Assembly (NCBI RefSeq): GCF_001194135.2
Contig: NC_068990.1
Coordinates: 58,627,980 to 58,666,723 of the forward strand
Length of the DNA stretch: 38,744 nucleotides
Direction: 5' to 3'
DNA from: Octopus bimaculoides
Lineage: Eukaryota
Below are positions 1 to 12,520 of the stretch, piece by piece. The stretch's first letter is position 1. Each line of letters opens with the position of its first letter. The position numbers and the translations under genes are program-made. A model generated the notes under the pieces. That model had not been told where the DNA came from, ran no database searches, and worked only from the letters and a program-made list of their open reading frames with translations.

Positions 1-12
1 TATATATATATC

Positions 13-80
<68 letters not shown>

Positions 81-247
81 TGTGTTTATATATATATATA
101 TTATTTAATAAAAACATATTGTGTTTATTAAATAATATTCTTCTCTCACCAGATGGTGTACTTTTGTTGTTGATCTTACCATCGCTGAACAGTACACAAT
201 ATATATATACATACATGCATGCGTACATACATACATACATACATACA

Positions 248-283
<36 letters not shown>

Positions 284-290
284 TAGAGAG
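1..290. repeat. (TG)n, (TA)n and (TACA)n microsatellites
   Basis: Seen directly. Similar compound tracts occur at about 1930-2220, 3340-3455, 4180-4570, 4790-5045, 6380-6920, 15600-15960, 30500-30880, 32722-32810, 36520-36750, 37965-38012 and 38706-38744. Confidence 0.97.
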
Positions 291-535
291 AGTTATTAAT
301 AAAGAATTAGTAAAATATTTCTTAAGCTCCCAGCAAATACAAATACACAGAATATTGAAGGTTTTTGCGAATGATATTGAATTCCGTGATAATCCGAATT
401 CGAAGTCCATCACCAGTCATATTAGTAAATCCATGATTCTATTACCGAGTTAGTAAGGTATGTCTTTACATAGTGATATATAAAATAGGCTTAAATTATG
501 GATTTTATGAATTTATGTGTGCATTATAGACGTAC

Positions 536-659
536 GGCTGTTTCAGATAATCATTTTGGGTGCGTTCATAGCTCAATCTAATCAATTGATCGATTGATAG
601 ATTAAAATCATAGTGAACGACCGTCACAATGCTATCTTCGTCAAAGTCCAACAAATCAA
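536..659 (-). CDS. Candidate internal coding exon (E5) of an unidentified host gene
   Basis: About 55-nt polypyrimidine tract ending TTTTGGCAG at the acceptor (660-662) and donor CC|GTACGT. The 124 nt are open as (x)DLLDFDEDSIVTVVHYDFNLSIDQLIRLSYERTQNDYLKQ(P), phase 1 in, phase 2 out. The sequence is non-repetitive; I do not recognise the protein family. Confidence 0.45.
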
Positions 660-2692
660 CTGCCAAAAGAAAGGAAAATAAGAAAAGAGAAGAGAAGAAT
701 AGAAAGGAATGAAATGCAAGGAATAACCAAGAGTGATTACTTCGGTGGCCTAACGAAGTTGCTGGGTATCAAATTTCTATACTGGATAAAAATATTATTC
801 AACCATGGTAAGCGAGAACAATAGCTTAAGGCAGATGGTTACAAACAGACGACCTAGTTCCGTATAAATGCCACACTGACCAAATTCTATCCTTTTCCTT
901 TTTTTCTTATATCTATATACATATATACATACACACACACACACACACACACACNNNNNNNNNNNNNNNNNNNNNNNNNNNNNNNNNNNNNNNNNNNNNN
1001 NNNNNNNNNNNNNNNNNNNNNNNNNNNNNNNNNNNNNNNNNNNNNNNNNNNNNNTAGATAGATAGGTAGATAGATAGATATTTCAATGCAGCAACAGAGC
1101 ATATTTGAGTATAATATACAAATAATAAAATATGCAAAGTAATTGCGTTTGTTCTATTAAAGCAAATTAGTTCCACTTGGTGATGAATGCAGAAAATTCT
1201 GAAGAAGTTTCGGTAGACTGGAGTGAAAATCTACAAAGGCTGTAATAGCTAAGCGAAGGAGAGCTGGAATAAAGCAGAAAAAAAAAGAAAGAAGAAAGGA
1301 AAAGAAAACTAGGGAAGAAAAGGAGGAAGCAAGTTATAAAGTAATAAGATGACTGTTTTGACTGTGCAAGATATAGTCTTCCATTGCTATGCTGAACTGC
1401 ACATTAATGATGTCTATAATAAGTATTTTTATATTTTATAACAGCAAAGAGAGAGCAAGTGAGGTTAGCCATCTTAAAAGATATTTCTAGGTAATATTTT
1501 TGCGCCAAATTTACAGTCAGACTAAACAAATTATGTCAAGCTAGAACGAGAATATATCGAAGACAAATCTATTGAATGAGTCAGGTTGATGGAAGAGAAA
1601 AACAAATCTAAATAAATCAGATAAATGGAAGTGTCGCTTAGGGTTGCTTTCGGATATAGGCAAAATAGGTCCAGTTTTTGAAGGCCTGTTGTCTTTACTT
1701 ACAGCTTTAAAGACATCAGGTTTGCAGTTCTCAGTTTAGCTGCAGTGTTAAAGAGACATCAGGTTTGGGATATAATGCACATAAAAGAGGTATTTCGACG
1801 CCCAGCAGCCATTAATCAGTTATTCTCATGCATTATTCTATTCCATTTCTGTTGCTTATGAATTTCAAGCAGAATGCAAACCCTGCTCTCACCTCTTTCT
1901 CTCCTCCAAAAAAGATACACATTCACACAGAGACACGCGCGACACGCACACGCACTCACGCACGCACAAACACACACGCACACAAATACCCACGTACACA
2001 CACTCTCACGTGCATGCACACAGAGAAGCATAAAAAGACACAAACGTATGTATATGTCTGTTGTGTGTGTGTGTGTGTGTGTGTGTTTGTGTATGTGTAT
2101 ATGTGCGTGCGTGTGCATTAAAACATATTTATATATATAAATGTATTATATATGTACACATATGTGTGTATATACATATATAATTATATATACATATATA
2201 TATATACTTATATATATANNNNNNNNNNNNNNNNNNNNNNNNNNNNNNNNNNNNNNNNNNNNNNNNNNNNNNNNNNNNNNNNNNNNNNNNNNNNNNNNNN
2301 NNNNNNNNNNNNNNNNNNNNNNNNNNNNNNNNNNNNNNNNNNNNNNNNNNNNNNNNNNNNNNNNNNNNNNNNNNNNNNNNNNNNNNNNNNNNNNNNNNNN
2401 NNNNNNNNNNNNNNNNNNNNNNNNNNNNNNNNNNNNNNNNNNNNNNNNNNNNNNNNNNNNNNNNNNNNNNNNNNNNNNNNNNNNNNNNNNNNNNNNNNNN
2501 NNNNNNNNNNNNNNNNNNNNNNNNNNNNTATATGTATGTATGTATATATACATGAATACATACATCATACATACATACAGACATACACATCGATCTATCC
2601 TTCCATCCCTACATTCATTCATTCCGCCAGGTAGCCGGGCCGCCAGCCAGTTAACCCGTCCTTCAGTCACACCCACCACAGAAACATCTCAC

Positions 2693-2736
2693 CACTCTGC
2701 TGCTTTTTATACCCAGTAATGTTCTCCGTTACTAAT
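2693..2736 (-). CDS. Candidate 44-nt coding exon (E4)
   Basis: Acceptor TTTCCATACATTCTCAG| and donor GTG|GTGAGA. Only one frame is open: (x)LVTENITGYKKQQS(x), phase 2 in, phase 1 out. Confidence 0.33.
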
Positions 2737-2882
2737 CTGAGAATGTATGGAAATGCATAATATTTTGAGAATGCATGTGCGTATTTGCTTGCGTGTCTAT
2801 ATATAGAAATGCCGTTTATGACTGTCTGCATGCCTATACGACTGAACGTGTGTGTATATGTGTGTTGTTTTTAGAAATCCGC

Positions 2883-2920
<38 letters not shown>

Positions 2921-3423
2921 GGGTTATATCTTCATGAAAATATAACTGTAAATTTTCTCGCCGATGCTGTATGACTTGCAAGATGTTTTTCTTCCTTCAG
3001 AGTCACCAGTCGTATGACTATGAGCATCTAATAAATAAAGCGTGCCTCTGATCGCTTTATAAGGCGTTAGAGCTGCATAAGAGATTGGATAATAAACCCT
3101 TAAAAATGAATGAGCTTTACATGAAGCATGGAAACTATAATACTAATAATCCCGTCCAGTCCCGTCTCGCTGTAGATTTATTTTACAGCCAACTATCAAG
3201 AAAGTAATTAGATAGCTTGAAAAACAGAAATTGATATAGAAAATGTGCAGTCATGTTAACAACATAACTTGTCTTAACGAGCGCTCCTTGACTGAATATA
3301 TCGGAATATACACGCTCGCCACTGCCACTCACCTCCTCCACACACAAACACACACACACACACACATACATATACACACATACAATACACACATGCACAC
3401 ACATATACACACATACACAATTA

Positions 3424-3455
<32 letters not shown>

Positions 3456-4360
3456 NNNNNNNNNNNNNNNNNNNNNNNNNNNNNNNNNNNNNNNNNNNNN
3501 NNNNNNNNNNNNNNNNNNNNNNNNNNNNNNNNNNNNNNNNNNNNNNNNNNNNNNNNNNNNNNNNNNNNNNNNNNNNNNNNNNNNNNNNNNNNNNNNNNNN
3601 NNNNNNNNNNNNNNNNNNNNNNNNNNNNNNNNNNNNNNNNNNNNNNNNNNNNNNNNNNNNNNNNNNNNNNNNNNNNNNNNNNNNNNNNNNNNNNNNNNNN
3701 NNNNNNNNNNNNNNNNNNNNNNNNNNNNNNNNNNNNNNNNNNNNNNNNNNNNNNNNNNNNNNNNNNNNNNNNNNNNNNNNNNNNNNNNNNNNNNNNNNNN
3801 NNNNNNNNNNNNNNNNNNNNNNNNNNNNNNNNNNNNNNNNNNNNNNNNNNNNNNNNNNNNATATATATATATATATATATATATAAGCTATATACAAGAG
3901 CGTCTGCATTTGCTTGTGCATCCCTTCAATAAATTACGCACGCACACGCACATACAAGAGCACTTACGCATTGCATATTCACACAAAAATTGTTTATGTG
4001 TGTGAGTGTGTTTGTGTGTGTGTGTGTGTGCGTTCGTTTTTTGTGTTTGTGCCTTTGGGTGTGCGTGCATGTGTGTGTGTGCGCGCGCATGCGTGCGTAC
4101 GAAAGTCTCAAACGCTTCCTGAATATCCACGTTGATATGGAAAGTACATAAACTCAAAATATCACAAAATGCACTTCTCTTCATATTTACATGTACGCAT
4201 GTATGTATATGTATGTACATAGATAGGCAGGTAGGTATAATTTTATGTATGCATGTGTGTACGTATGTTTGTATGTATGTATGTATGTATGTATGTATGT
4301 ATGCGTGCTTGGTTGTAAGCACGTAATGTATATACACAAAATCCTCAAATACACACACAC

Positions 4361-4397
<37 letters not shown>

Positions 4398-4531
4398 NNN
4401 NNNNNNNTATATATACATACACACCGACACACACACGTATATATATATATATATATATAAATTTATATATATATATATATATGTATACCCACATACATGC
4501 ATATACATATCTACATGAATACATACCTACC

Positions 4532-4563
<32 letters not shown>

Positions 4564-4570
4564 TATATAC

Positions 4571-4770
4571 TTTTATTTGTTTCAACCATATGACTGTGGC
4601 CATGCTGGAGCACCGCCTTTTAGTCGAAGAAATCGATCCCTGGATTTATTCTTAGTAATACCGATGCTTATCCTATCGGTCTCTTTGCCGAACCGTTAAG
4701 TTACGGGGACGTAAGCATACCAACATCGGTTGTCAAGCGATGGTGGAGAGGACAAACAGAAACACACACA
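4571..4770 (-). mobile_element. SINE family A, 3' half
   Basis: Reverse complement aligns with the 3' half of the full copy at 27782-28140 (motifs GGCCATGCTGGAGCACCGCC, GCCGAACCGTTAAG, GTTGTCAAGCG). It ends in (CA)n. Confidence 0.8.
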
Positions 4771-4974
4771 CACACCCATTAATATATAAGGCTATATATG
4801 TGTGTGTGTGTATGTGTGTGTGTGTGTGGATACACACACATACACACACACACGTACATATATACATTTATAGGTAGATCGATATGCTTGTGTGTGAAGA
4901 GTATATATGTATAGACATATATATATATAGAGAGAGAGAGAGACAGACAGACAGACAGTCAAACAGTTAGATAA

Positions 4975-5010
<36 letters not shown>

Positions 5011-5446
5011 GCAGACAGATAGATAGATAGATAGATAGATAGATTTAAATACCCACGCATACACTTAAAACACAAACGCTACAATAGACACACAGAAATA
5101 GGTTATTGGAATGCAATATGGCGTTATAATATTTTCAGACTAAATATATAGCCTAGCACTGTAATAGCATATGTAATACTACAAATAGTTTTACCATGCC
5201 ATCTGCATAAAATACTATGGATGATAACCTATCTTCATTTCCACCGCTATCCACCATATTCTTCATATTCGAAACTGCCATTTTCTTGAAACAGCTTCTC
5301 TTCCATCACATATTTTATCATCACTTCAAATGAATTATTGTTATCTTTTTCTCTTATTTTGTAAAGATGATTGTGTATGTGGATTGCACAGTGCAGAGTC
5401 AAATAACCAAGTGCATGTTCGCGCGCGCGTGTCAGTGCGTTGATAC

Positions 5447-5488
<42 letters not shown>

Positions 5489-5495
5489 TCTGCAT

Positions 5496-6203
5496 CAGTG
5501 TTTCCCAAATTTGGTGCTGTTGTGTAGAAAAGGGGCGCTGTGAGTTTTTCTTTCATTTGGGGGGTGGGGTGAATATCCTCAGGTGAGCGGTGGGCATTTA
5601 TTTCATCCAATTTTTTCTTTCAAATTTTCAAAAATTAAAAAAAACGCTTTTTCCACTTTGGCGACACCAAGCGAATTCCTGGTACTATGTGTAACTGGTG
5701 TCGCTAAAGTGAAACCCTCAAAACAAAAGCAAAAACAAAAACAGAGGAATAGTAGCAGACGACCAAAACAAAAAAACAAAAAAAATGAATAAAAGCGTAA
5801 AGCTGAATGTGTGTGTTTGTGTGTGTTTATGTGCAAATATATATAAAGAATGGTGGTCAAAACTTTGGATGAAAATGGCTTTTGGGAGTAGCTGATGTGT
5901 ATGTGTGGGTATATTTGTATGTATATGATTGCGTGTATGTAAGTGTGTTGCGTTTTGAATTCCCTTCGGCTATTGAATTTAAATTGACCTCTGGCGATTA
6001 AAGGCCCAACCACACACGCGCATGCACGCACACACCCGCCCGCACACACACACACATTTGTTGTAAGTTTTGTGCCCATTTGAACAGCGACCACACACCA
6101 GATAACGTGGTAAGTCGTATGTTCCGAAATTCAAATTTTGAATTTGTTTTAATTATAAAATTACACCTCAGCTAAAAACACTTTTGGGGGCTTTGGAAAA
6201 CAG
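5496..6203. mobile_element. Possible degenerate hAT-type non-autonomous element
   Basis: Starts CAGTGTTTCCCAAA, a Charlie-type terminus. Only partial complements are present (TTTGGAAAACAG near 6192-6203) and no target-site duplication was seen. Confidence 0.3.
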
Positions 6204-6527
6204 AACCTTTACTTTCTTTTTCTATATTTTTTGCTAAGTTAGAATTTCTCTGTTTTGGTTAGGATTTTCCAGATTTTCTTTTCTTGTATCAAGCAATGGA
6301 GGGAAGAATTCAAAAAAATTTAATTTATAGAGCTGAACAAAATCAAAAATATTAATTTTAATCGTGATAATGGAGGGGAATAAACATATATATATATATG
6401 TATTTATACATACATACATACATATATATGCAAGTACGTACATATATGTATGCATATATGCGTGTATATATATATATATATATATATCTATATACATAAT
6501 ATAAATAATATATATATATATAATATA

Positions 6528-6577
<50 letters not shown>

Positions 6578-7110
6578 GTATATATATGTATATATATGTA
6601 TATATATATGCATATATACATACGTATATGTACATACATTTATATGTATGTACACACACGCACACACGTCACACGCACATACACATACACATGCACACAC
6701 ACAAGACACACACACATGTAGAAACGAACTCACATACACACAACAAACATTAACACATACACGCACATACATACTCAAAAACTGACCATTGTCCACAACC
6801 ACTCCCAAATTATTCCTGCTACTGATTCCTTCCACAACGTTAAACGACACACACAAACACACACACACTAACAGTTAAACAGCCAAACCACACACACACA
6901 CACACACACACATACATACGTACATGCACGTTCAGTTATTACACACACACGGACCCGCGCGCACGTACACATATTTACCTCCCTCTTGCACTCTACAGTC
7001 TTAGAAAGAACCTTTCCTCCACCCTTTCCCCTCCGGTCATTCCACAATGTAACCTCTTGGATATCGATGGCGATTTTTTCTTCCTCCGGTTTCCCCTTCC
7101 TTGGACTTTC

Positions 7111-7148
7111 TTTGTTTCCGACGAAGAGCTCCGCTCGAAACGTCAAAT
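7111..7148 (+). ncRNA. Minimal hammerhead-like motif in a PLE-type terminal repeat
   Basis: ttt-CCGACGA-A-gagc(tcc)gctc-GAAA-CG-TC-aaa. U4 is mutated to C. The surrounding repeat (about 6960-7252) ends TGAACT(TA)n like the copy at 38581-38706. Confidence 0.55.
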
Positions 7149-7640
7149 TCTCTTTCTTTCCTTTCCCGAGCATCTCGTAACACAATCTGTATCACGTCCT
7201 CACGTTGTTGTTTTTTGTTGTTGCTTTTTTGTCTTTTCCTTTTTTGAACTTATATATATATATATATGCATATGTGGGCACAGGATGTCATGAAACCTGT
7301 ACAAAAAAGTACGAAGTACGAGTACATGGAATATGAACTATTTTTTCGAACAATGAAAGACACAAATGGAAAGCAAGACAAACAACATAAAGAACGACCC
7401 TTTATCTGTTGATGGCTGCTTTTCGACTCTCGTATTTCGAGCATTTAACAACAATATACACTTTCGATAGAATAGTTGCTCCCGCAAAGCAAATTAAATA
7501 AAATTTGTGATTTTGCGGAGGGTCAAAATTGTTAGTACAAACAGGACAGGAAAAACAAACAGGAAGGGCTGCTAAGCCTAAACGAGGTTGTGGTGGCGAA
7601 TGCTTAAATCAAGCTTGGATAGGAGATAGACAAGAACATA

Positions 7641-8237
7641 CGAGATCTGTCTGAAAAGTAACGGGACTGGGTGTGTCGTGTGAGCTATAGATGAAAGAGA
7701 GATAAGCGGACTGTGTTATCATTTAACATGATCTCTTAGGAATATATAATTGTAGTCTTAGCTTACTGCAACAACTGCATATTTTTTCACATGCTTTTCT
7801 TTACACCTGCATTTCAGATCGTTCAGCTATGAGCACTGAGGAAAGAATTGATGAACACCGAACAACGAATAAACCTGACATTTTGGACTTGGTTAGGTAC
7901 AACTCTGTCACGAGTACCTGAAATGCTTCAGCAAGTTTATGGAGATAGCACGAGTATGTCGTGTACACGTGTGAGTGGCACGAGAGGTTCACAGAGGGGC
8001 ACGAGGAGGTGGAAGATGACACTAGGAGTGGGAAGCTTTCAACGTCGACCGGTCAATCAGCAAGTCTACAAAGAGATCCTGCGGCGTTTGCTTCGCCCAG
8101 TGCACGAGCAGTGATGAGAGTTGTGACAGGAGAAATCGTGGCTGCTTCGCCACGATAATACACCTGCTCACAACGCCCTAAGCATCAGGCAGTTCCTGGC
8201 TGTGAACATCGCTGTACTGGAACAACTTCCCTATTCT
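7641..8237 (+). mobile_element. Internally deleted, 3'-truncated mariner
   Basis: TA followed by TIR-like CGAGATCTGTCTGAAAAGTAACGGGACTGG. The N-terminus MNTEQRINLTF...EMLQQVYGD...EWHERF...EVEDDTRSG is joined near 8050 directly to VNQQVYKEILRRL...WLLRHDNTPAH...LPYS. Confidence 0.9.
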
Positions 8238-8329
8238 AAATATAGCCAAATAATATTTCTTGGTGGTGGTGGTGGTAGCAGTAATACTTATCATTATTAT
8301 TATTATTATCATCATTACAATTGTCACCA

Positions 8330-8605
8330 TTATTGTCCATTTAAAACGGCTTTGGATCTATCAAGAAAATTCTTTTCTTGAATTTTTCTCTCGACTTCTT
8401 TTGAGTTGTGTAGTTTGTAGAATGAGAATATTATAAACTTTTTCTGACCACATGTTGTCTGATGGTCACTTAAAAGGATCTGACGGATATCACGGTACAT
8501 AATTTGTTGTCGGTGCACATCTGAATGTTCCGATAATCTATTCGCAGTCTGACCAACGTATATCTCTTCTTTCGGTTTTTGTGCTTATAGATTGACCAGT
8601 ATATA
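8330..8605 (-). mobile_element. Penelope-like element GIY-YIG endonuclease C-terminal fragment
   Basis: Uninterrupted frame EEIYVGQTANRLSEHSDVHRQQI...SDHQTTCGQKKFIIFSFYKL...ERKIQEKNFLDRSKAVLNGQ*. This fits the YIGQT...H...C...F.IFPF...R..KE..FI....P.LN pattern of PLE endonucleases. Confidence 0.78.
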
Positions 8606-8924
8606 ACAATTGACATGTGCATTTAGTAAAATAGCAGAATTAGAAAACGCTAATGATGCTGTGCATCAGCAAACATGTAATACAAATAATTCAAACAGTA
8701 AAATATGTGTTATGCCGTGCAAAAAAAAAACAAAAAAAAAACGCTTTACTTCACCTTCACAGCACAAAACGTATTTAATTTTTGGAACCATATGGATTAC
8801 TTCCATCTTTAATTTTTTTTTTTTTTTTGAGGTAGATTACTACCTTATTTACAGTATATGAGAATATATACAATAAGTATGAACTTGGTGTGTGCAAATT
8901 AGTAAGTATATTCTTAAATATCTC

Positions 8925-9137
8925 CTTCTTCTAAGGGCACAAGAACTGAAATTTGGGGTAGGGGTTAAGTCGATTACATTGTCCCCCCAGAGTTCAACTT
9001 GTACTTATTTTATCGACCCTGAAAAAACAAAAGGCGAAGTTGACCTCGGTGGAATTTGAACTCAGAACGTAAAGACGGACGAAATGCCGCTAAATATTCT
9101 ACCCGGCGTGTTAACGATTCTGCCAGCTCGCCGCCTT
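8925..9137 (-). mobile_element. tRNA-derived SINE family B
   Basis: Minus-strand head GGCGGCGAGCTGGCAGAATCG (A box-like) and GAGTTCAAATTCC (B box). Homologous to 21137-21506 and 34694-34912. Confidence 0.85.
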
Positions 9138-9859
9138 CTTTATCATTAATAATAACATATTGATGCATTTATTTAGCAAAAACTTGTAGCAATAATTAAA
9201 AAGAATTATAGGGCGGCGAGCGTACAGAAGCCTTGTGCTTTTGGTATCGACTTCAAAACGATATCTTGACTGAGAAAGACGTGATTCAATATATAGACTG
9301 GCACAGTAAAAATTTGAGGTGAACATTATGTTGTATTTAATTTTTAATGAATTTAAATTTCGGAACTGTCACCTTTGCTTTTCTGGAACAAAATTTATCA
9401 TTAGCTAATGGGGTTTTTTTTTTCATTTTCTCATTATTGATGTAATTTAAATTTTTATTTATTTATTTATTTTCACTACTTTAAATATCTTAGTTTCCTC
9501 TTAACAGTTTGTTCTTCGCGCATCCCTGGATAATTCGCCTTCTCTTCAGTCATTCACAAAATTGCATTAATGTTGACATTGTGGGTTAGGTAGGAAGGTG
9601 ATGCATGATGTTTAGACAAAAGAAGATAGATAAGGGGGATAAGATATTCAGTAACCATACAGTAGCTAACTAAACGCTATACAGAGCATTAATTCGCTAT
9701 GTTCTGCCAGATTGGGCTCAATTCTGCCTGAAGACATTTGCGTAAAGACTATTAGCAAAAATAATTTCCATCTTCTTTCGGATACTATGTATCTCAGGCT
9801 AGATTGACCATTATTTTTATCCCTTTTTAAAACAGAAGCGTGTTTTGTAAGTACCTTAC

Positions 9860-9932
9860 TGACAGTCTGGATAAGCTTGGAATTTCAGAAAAACAGATTC
9901 CAACCAACTGACTCGTATATTACAAGTACAAT
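9860..9932 (-). CDS. Candidate 73-nt coding exon (E3)
   Basis: Acceptor TTTTATTGTTCAACTTACAG| and donor CA|GTAAGG. Reads (D)CTCNIRVSWLESVFLKFQAYPDC(Q), phase 1 in, phase 2 out. The unspliced frame stops exactly at the donor. Confidence 0.35.
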
Positions 9933-10090
9933 CTGTAAGTTGAACAATAAAACTATGCAAGACGTTTCTTAAGTTTAAAATGTGACATTGTTTCTGTATA
10001 TCTACATTACAACAATGGAGCTTTGTATCTTTGTTTGAAACTCTCTCCTTCATCTGAGGAAGAATTTAAATACTAAAAAACAGAACGTAC

Positions 10091-10122
<32 letters not shown>

Positions 10123-10605
10123 AAGCGTCCACGTATTTCTATCCGTTTTTAAAACGATGGGGAGTAATTTGAGAATAGTTTGACTGCTATTCCTAGCAGT
10201 GCAAAGGACGCAACAGAAGCACCCCAGTTTGAGTGAGCTGCTTGTATCTCATTAGTTCCTGTCCTGACACAAGGTTGCTTCCAAGGTCAAAATAATAGAC
10301 TCTCAATGGCTAATTCATCTTAGATCCTTGGATGTCACATGTGTCGTAGAATTCAGCGGTGTAACTAGCAGCAGCACTCTAAAGTTACTGAGGATTTATT
10401 TGGAATTTATTCCTGGTTTTAGTATTTCTTGTTGGAGTAGGTACAAACGGTAGTCTGGCGTCACATCCAGGACAAAATAGATCTCATGTCTGCTTAATTC
10501 GATAGTTCTAAATAGTTCACAGTGGTACACTAATGCACCGCATTGGGGGAAACTAGATAAGCCACAGTTTTTTAAATATATAATATAAGGTATGACTTTA
10601 TCTAC

Positions 10606-10790
10606 ACCTTTTACTTGTTTCAGTCATTGAAGTTTTAGTCGAATGAATCGATCACATTACTTATGTCTTTTTAAAGCCTGATACTTATTTTATTGGTCTT
10701 TTTGCCGAACCGCTAGGTTACGGAGACGTAAATCCACTAATACCGACTGTCAAGTGGTGGTGGGGGACAGAAACTCATACACAAACACAC
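10606..10790 (-). mobile_element. SINE family A, 3' half (partner of 12521-12681)
   Basis: Homologous to 4571-4770 and to the 3' half of 27782-28140. Confidence 0.8.
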
Positions 10791-10891
10791 ACACAAACAC
10801 ACACACACACACATACATGCACACTCATACACACACACACAAACACACACACACACACATGCACACTCATACACACACACACACACACACA

Positions 10892-11786
10892 CAAGGTGGT
10901 ATCAAAAAGTCATCGGACTAGTTCTGTAGCGCGCCAACAGATGGCAGCACACAGTTGCGTGCGCAGTGAGAGATAGCAGTGACCTTCATGAGGCAGTGTC
11001 CGGTAACATCTCTATATGTTTACTTTGCAAGCTGTGAAACTTGCGTTTTTGTGATCACGTGTATGCTGTAGTCTGCGATTTTTGTCATGGACTGAAAGTT
11101 GGAACAAAGAGCCACCATGAAATTTTGTGTTAAACTTGGGAAGTCTGCTATTGAGACATTAGGAATGCTTTGGCAAGCTTACGGCGATGAGGCAATGAAT
11201 GGTTTCGAGTGCCACGTACGTTTCAAAAGCGGAAGAACGTCCCTAGAAGACAATGAGTGATCTGGAAGAGCAGCCACGAACGTCACCCCGGGAAATGTAG
11301 TATTGTGCATCGAGAATTCGTCCTTCAGAGCCAGACCATCAGTTGAGGGTTCTAATGCAACGTTCCGAAACGTTTGATGGAGGACATTCGGCGAAATCGA
11401 CCACATCTGTGGAGCACTAAGAATTGAAATCTTCACGACAACAATGCACCCTGTCACCGAGCTCTCCCTACTCGTGAGTTTCTTGCCAAGAAAAACATAG
11501 TATCGTTTCCGCATCCGCCCTATTCGCCAGCTCTAGCACCTGTGGACATTCATCTCCTCCCCGAGATGAAAATTCAGCTCAAAGGTCACCGTTTTAACAC
11601 CGTTGTTGAGATCCAGACCGAATCGTAGAAGGTCCTCGACTCGCTTACGGAAAACGACTTCCAGGCCGGATTCCGAAATGCTGGGAGCGGTGTATTGCTG
11701 CGCAAAGAGACTATTTCGAAGGGGATAATGTTAAAAAAGTTATGAAAATAAGTAAAAATAGTCCAGGAATTTTTTTATACCACCTC

Positions 11787-11787
<1 letters not shown>
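10892..11787 (+). mobile_element. Internally deleted mariner with both TIRs
   Basis: 5' CAAGGTGGTATCAAAAAGTCATCGGACTA and 3' TAGTCCAGGAATTTTTTTATACCACCTCG followed by TA. Relic ORF from 11087: MD*KLEQRATMKFCVKLGKS...FKSGRTSLEDNE*SGR, then HDNNAPCHRA...HPPYSPALAP...KGHRF...DYFEGD. Confidence 0.95.
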
Positions 11788-11824
<37 letters not shown>

Positions 11825-11826
<2 letters not shown>

Positions 11827-12520
11827 AAGATAAAATCTAAGTTGGATTTTATCAGGTAGCTAGCATGCAATCAACCGGTTAAGGTAAAATTAATTGATTT
11901 ATAAATTGATATATAAAAATATTTATCAAGAGCAAACACATACGCATACGTGTCCAACTGCTTGCTAGAAGGAGACACTAATGTCTGAAAACTACCTAAC
12001 GTATCACCGTAAAAATTACACGCGTCATACTCGTACAAATAAACAAAACAGATTCATGAAACGGTTCAATTACATATCAATTGATTTGAAGACTAAGGGG
12101 CAATCCCTTTTGCTCTCATCAGTGTAATATGACCAGGTCATTGCACATAACCACGAACAAAATACATACCTGTGGAACAGAAAAAGCTCCGCACCGTAAA
12201 TATGTCGTTCGTACTTATATACAGAATAAAAATTCAAAATCTGGTATCGTCTATTTCGACCACGTGTTAATAACCGTATAATTCAGCATTGAATAATTTT
12301 GGTTTGGGTGAAATGATATATTAAAAATATGTATTTTTATTTTTAAAAAAATGAAGATAAAACTCTACGTTAGACTTTATCAGGTAGCTAGCATGCAATC
12401 TACCGGTTAAGGTAAAATTAATCAATCTATAAAATGATTTATAAAAATATATATCAGCGGCGAACACGTACGTATACGAGTCCAACTGCTTGCTAGGAGA
12501 CGCTAATGTCTGAAAACTAC
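11825..12520 (-). mobile_element. PLE-derived element with terminal direct repeats (11825-11995 and 12352-12520)
   Basis: Two copies of about 170 bp starting TGAAGATAAAA and ending GTCTGAAAACTAC, roughly 85-90% identical by eye. The spacer holds a hammerhead relic. Confidence 0.7.
12069..12128 (-). ncRNA. Type I hammerhead ribozyme relic with palindromic stem III
   Basis: attaca-CTGATGA-gagcaaaaggg(attgc)cccttagtctt-CAAA-tcaattga-TA-tgtaat. Stem I is a perfect 6 bp, there is a 10-nt palindrome ATCAATTGAT, and G12 is lost. Confidence 0.68.

Noticed and set aside
290-458. Open frames on both strands with a plus-strand AAG|GTATGT donor and a minus-strand TACTAAC
   Set aside because: The frames conflict. 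The plus frame stops before the donor, and the phase matching E5 gives only PIMDLLI*.
1177-1263. Minus-strand phase-1/phase-1 exon candidate LLRLAITAFVDFHSSLPKLLQNFLHSSP
   Set aside because: The acceptor is good and the phases fit between E4 and E5, but the only donor is a poor GTGGAA, so I left it out of the model.
3001-3051. CTTCCTTCAG| followed by SHQSYDYEHLINKACL*
   Set aside because: A short isolated frame with no supporting upstream exon. Similar chance signals occur at 14277 and 22115-22154.
14-6868. Many 60-230 aa ORFs rich in HT, YI and CV dipeptides (also 15539-16680, 30371-31054, 32630-32873, 36312-36817)
   Set aside because: They are translations of (CA)n, (TA)n and (TACA)n microsatellites or N gaps.
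11825-12520. LTR retrotransposon (TRIM) or CRISPR-like interpretation of the direct repeats
   Set aside because: There are no TG...CA ends, primer-binding site or target duplication, only two long repeats, and the internal hammerhead relic points to a PLE.
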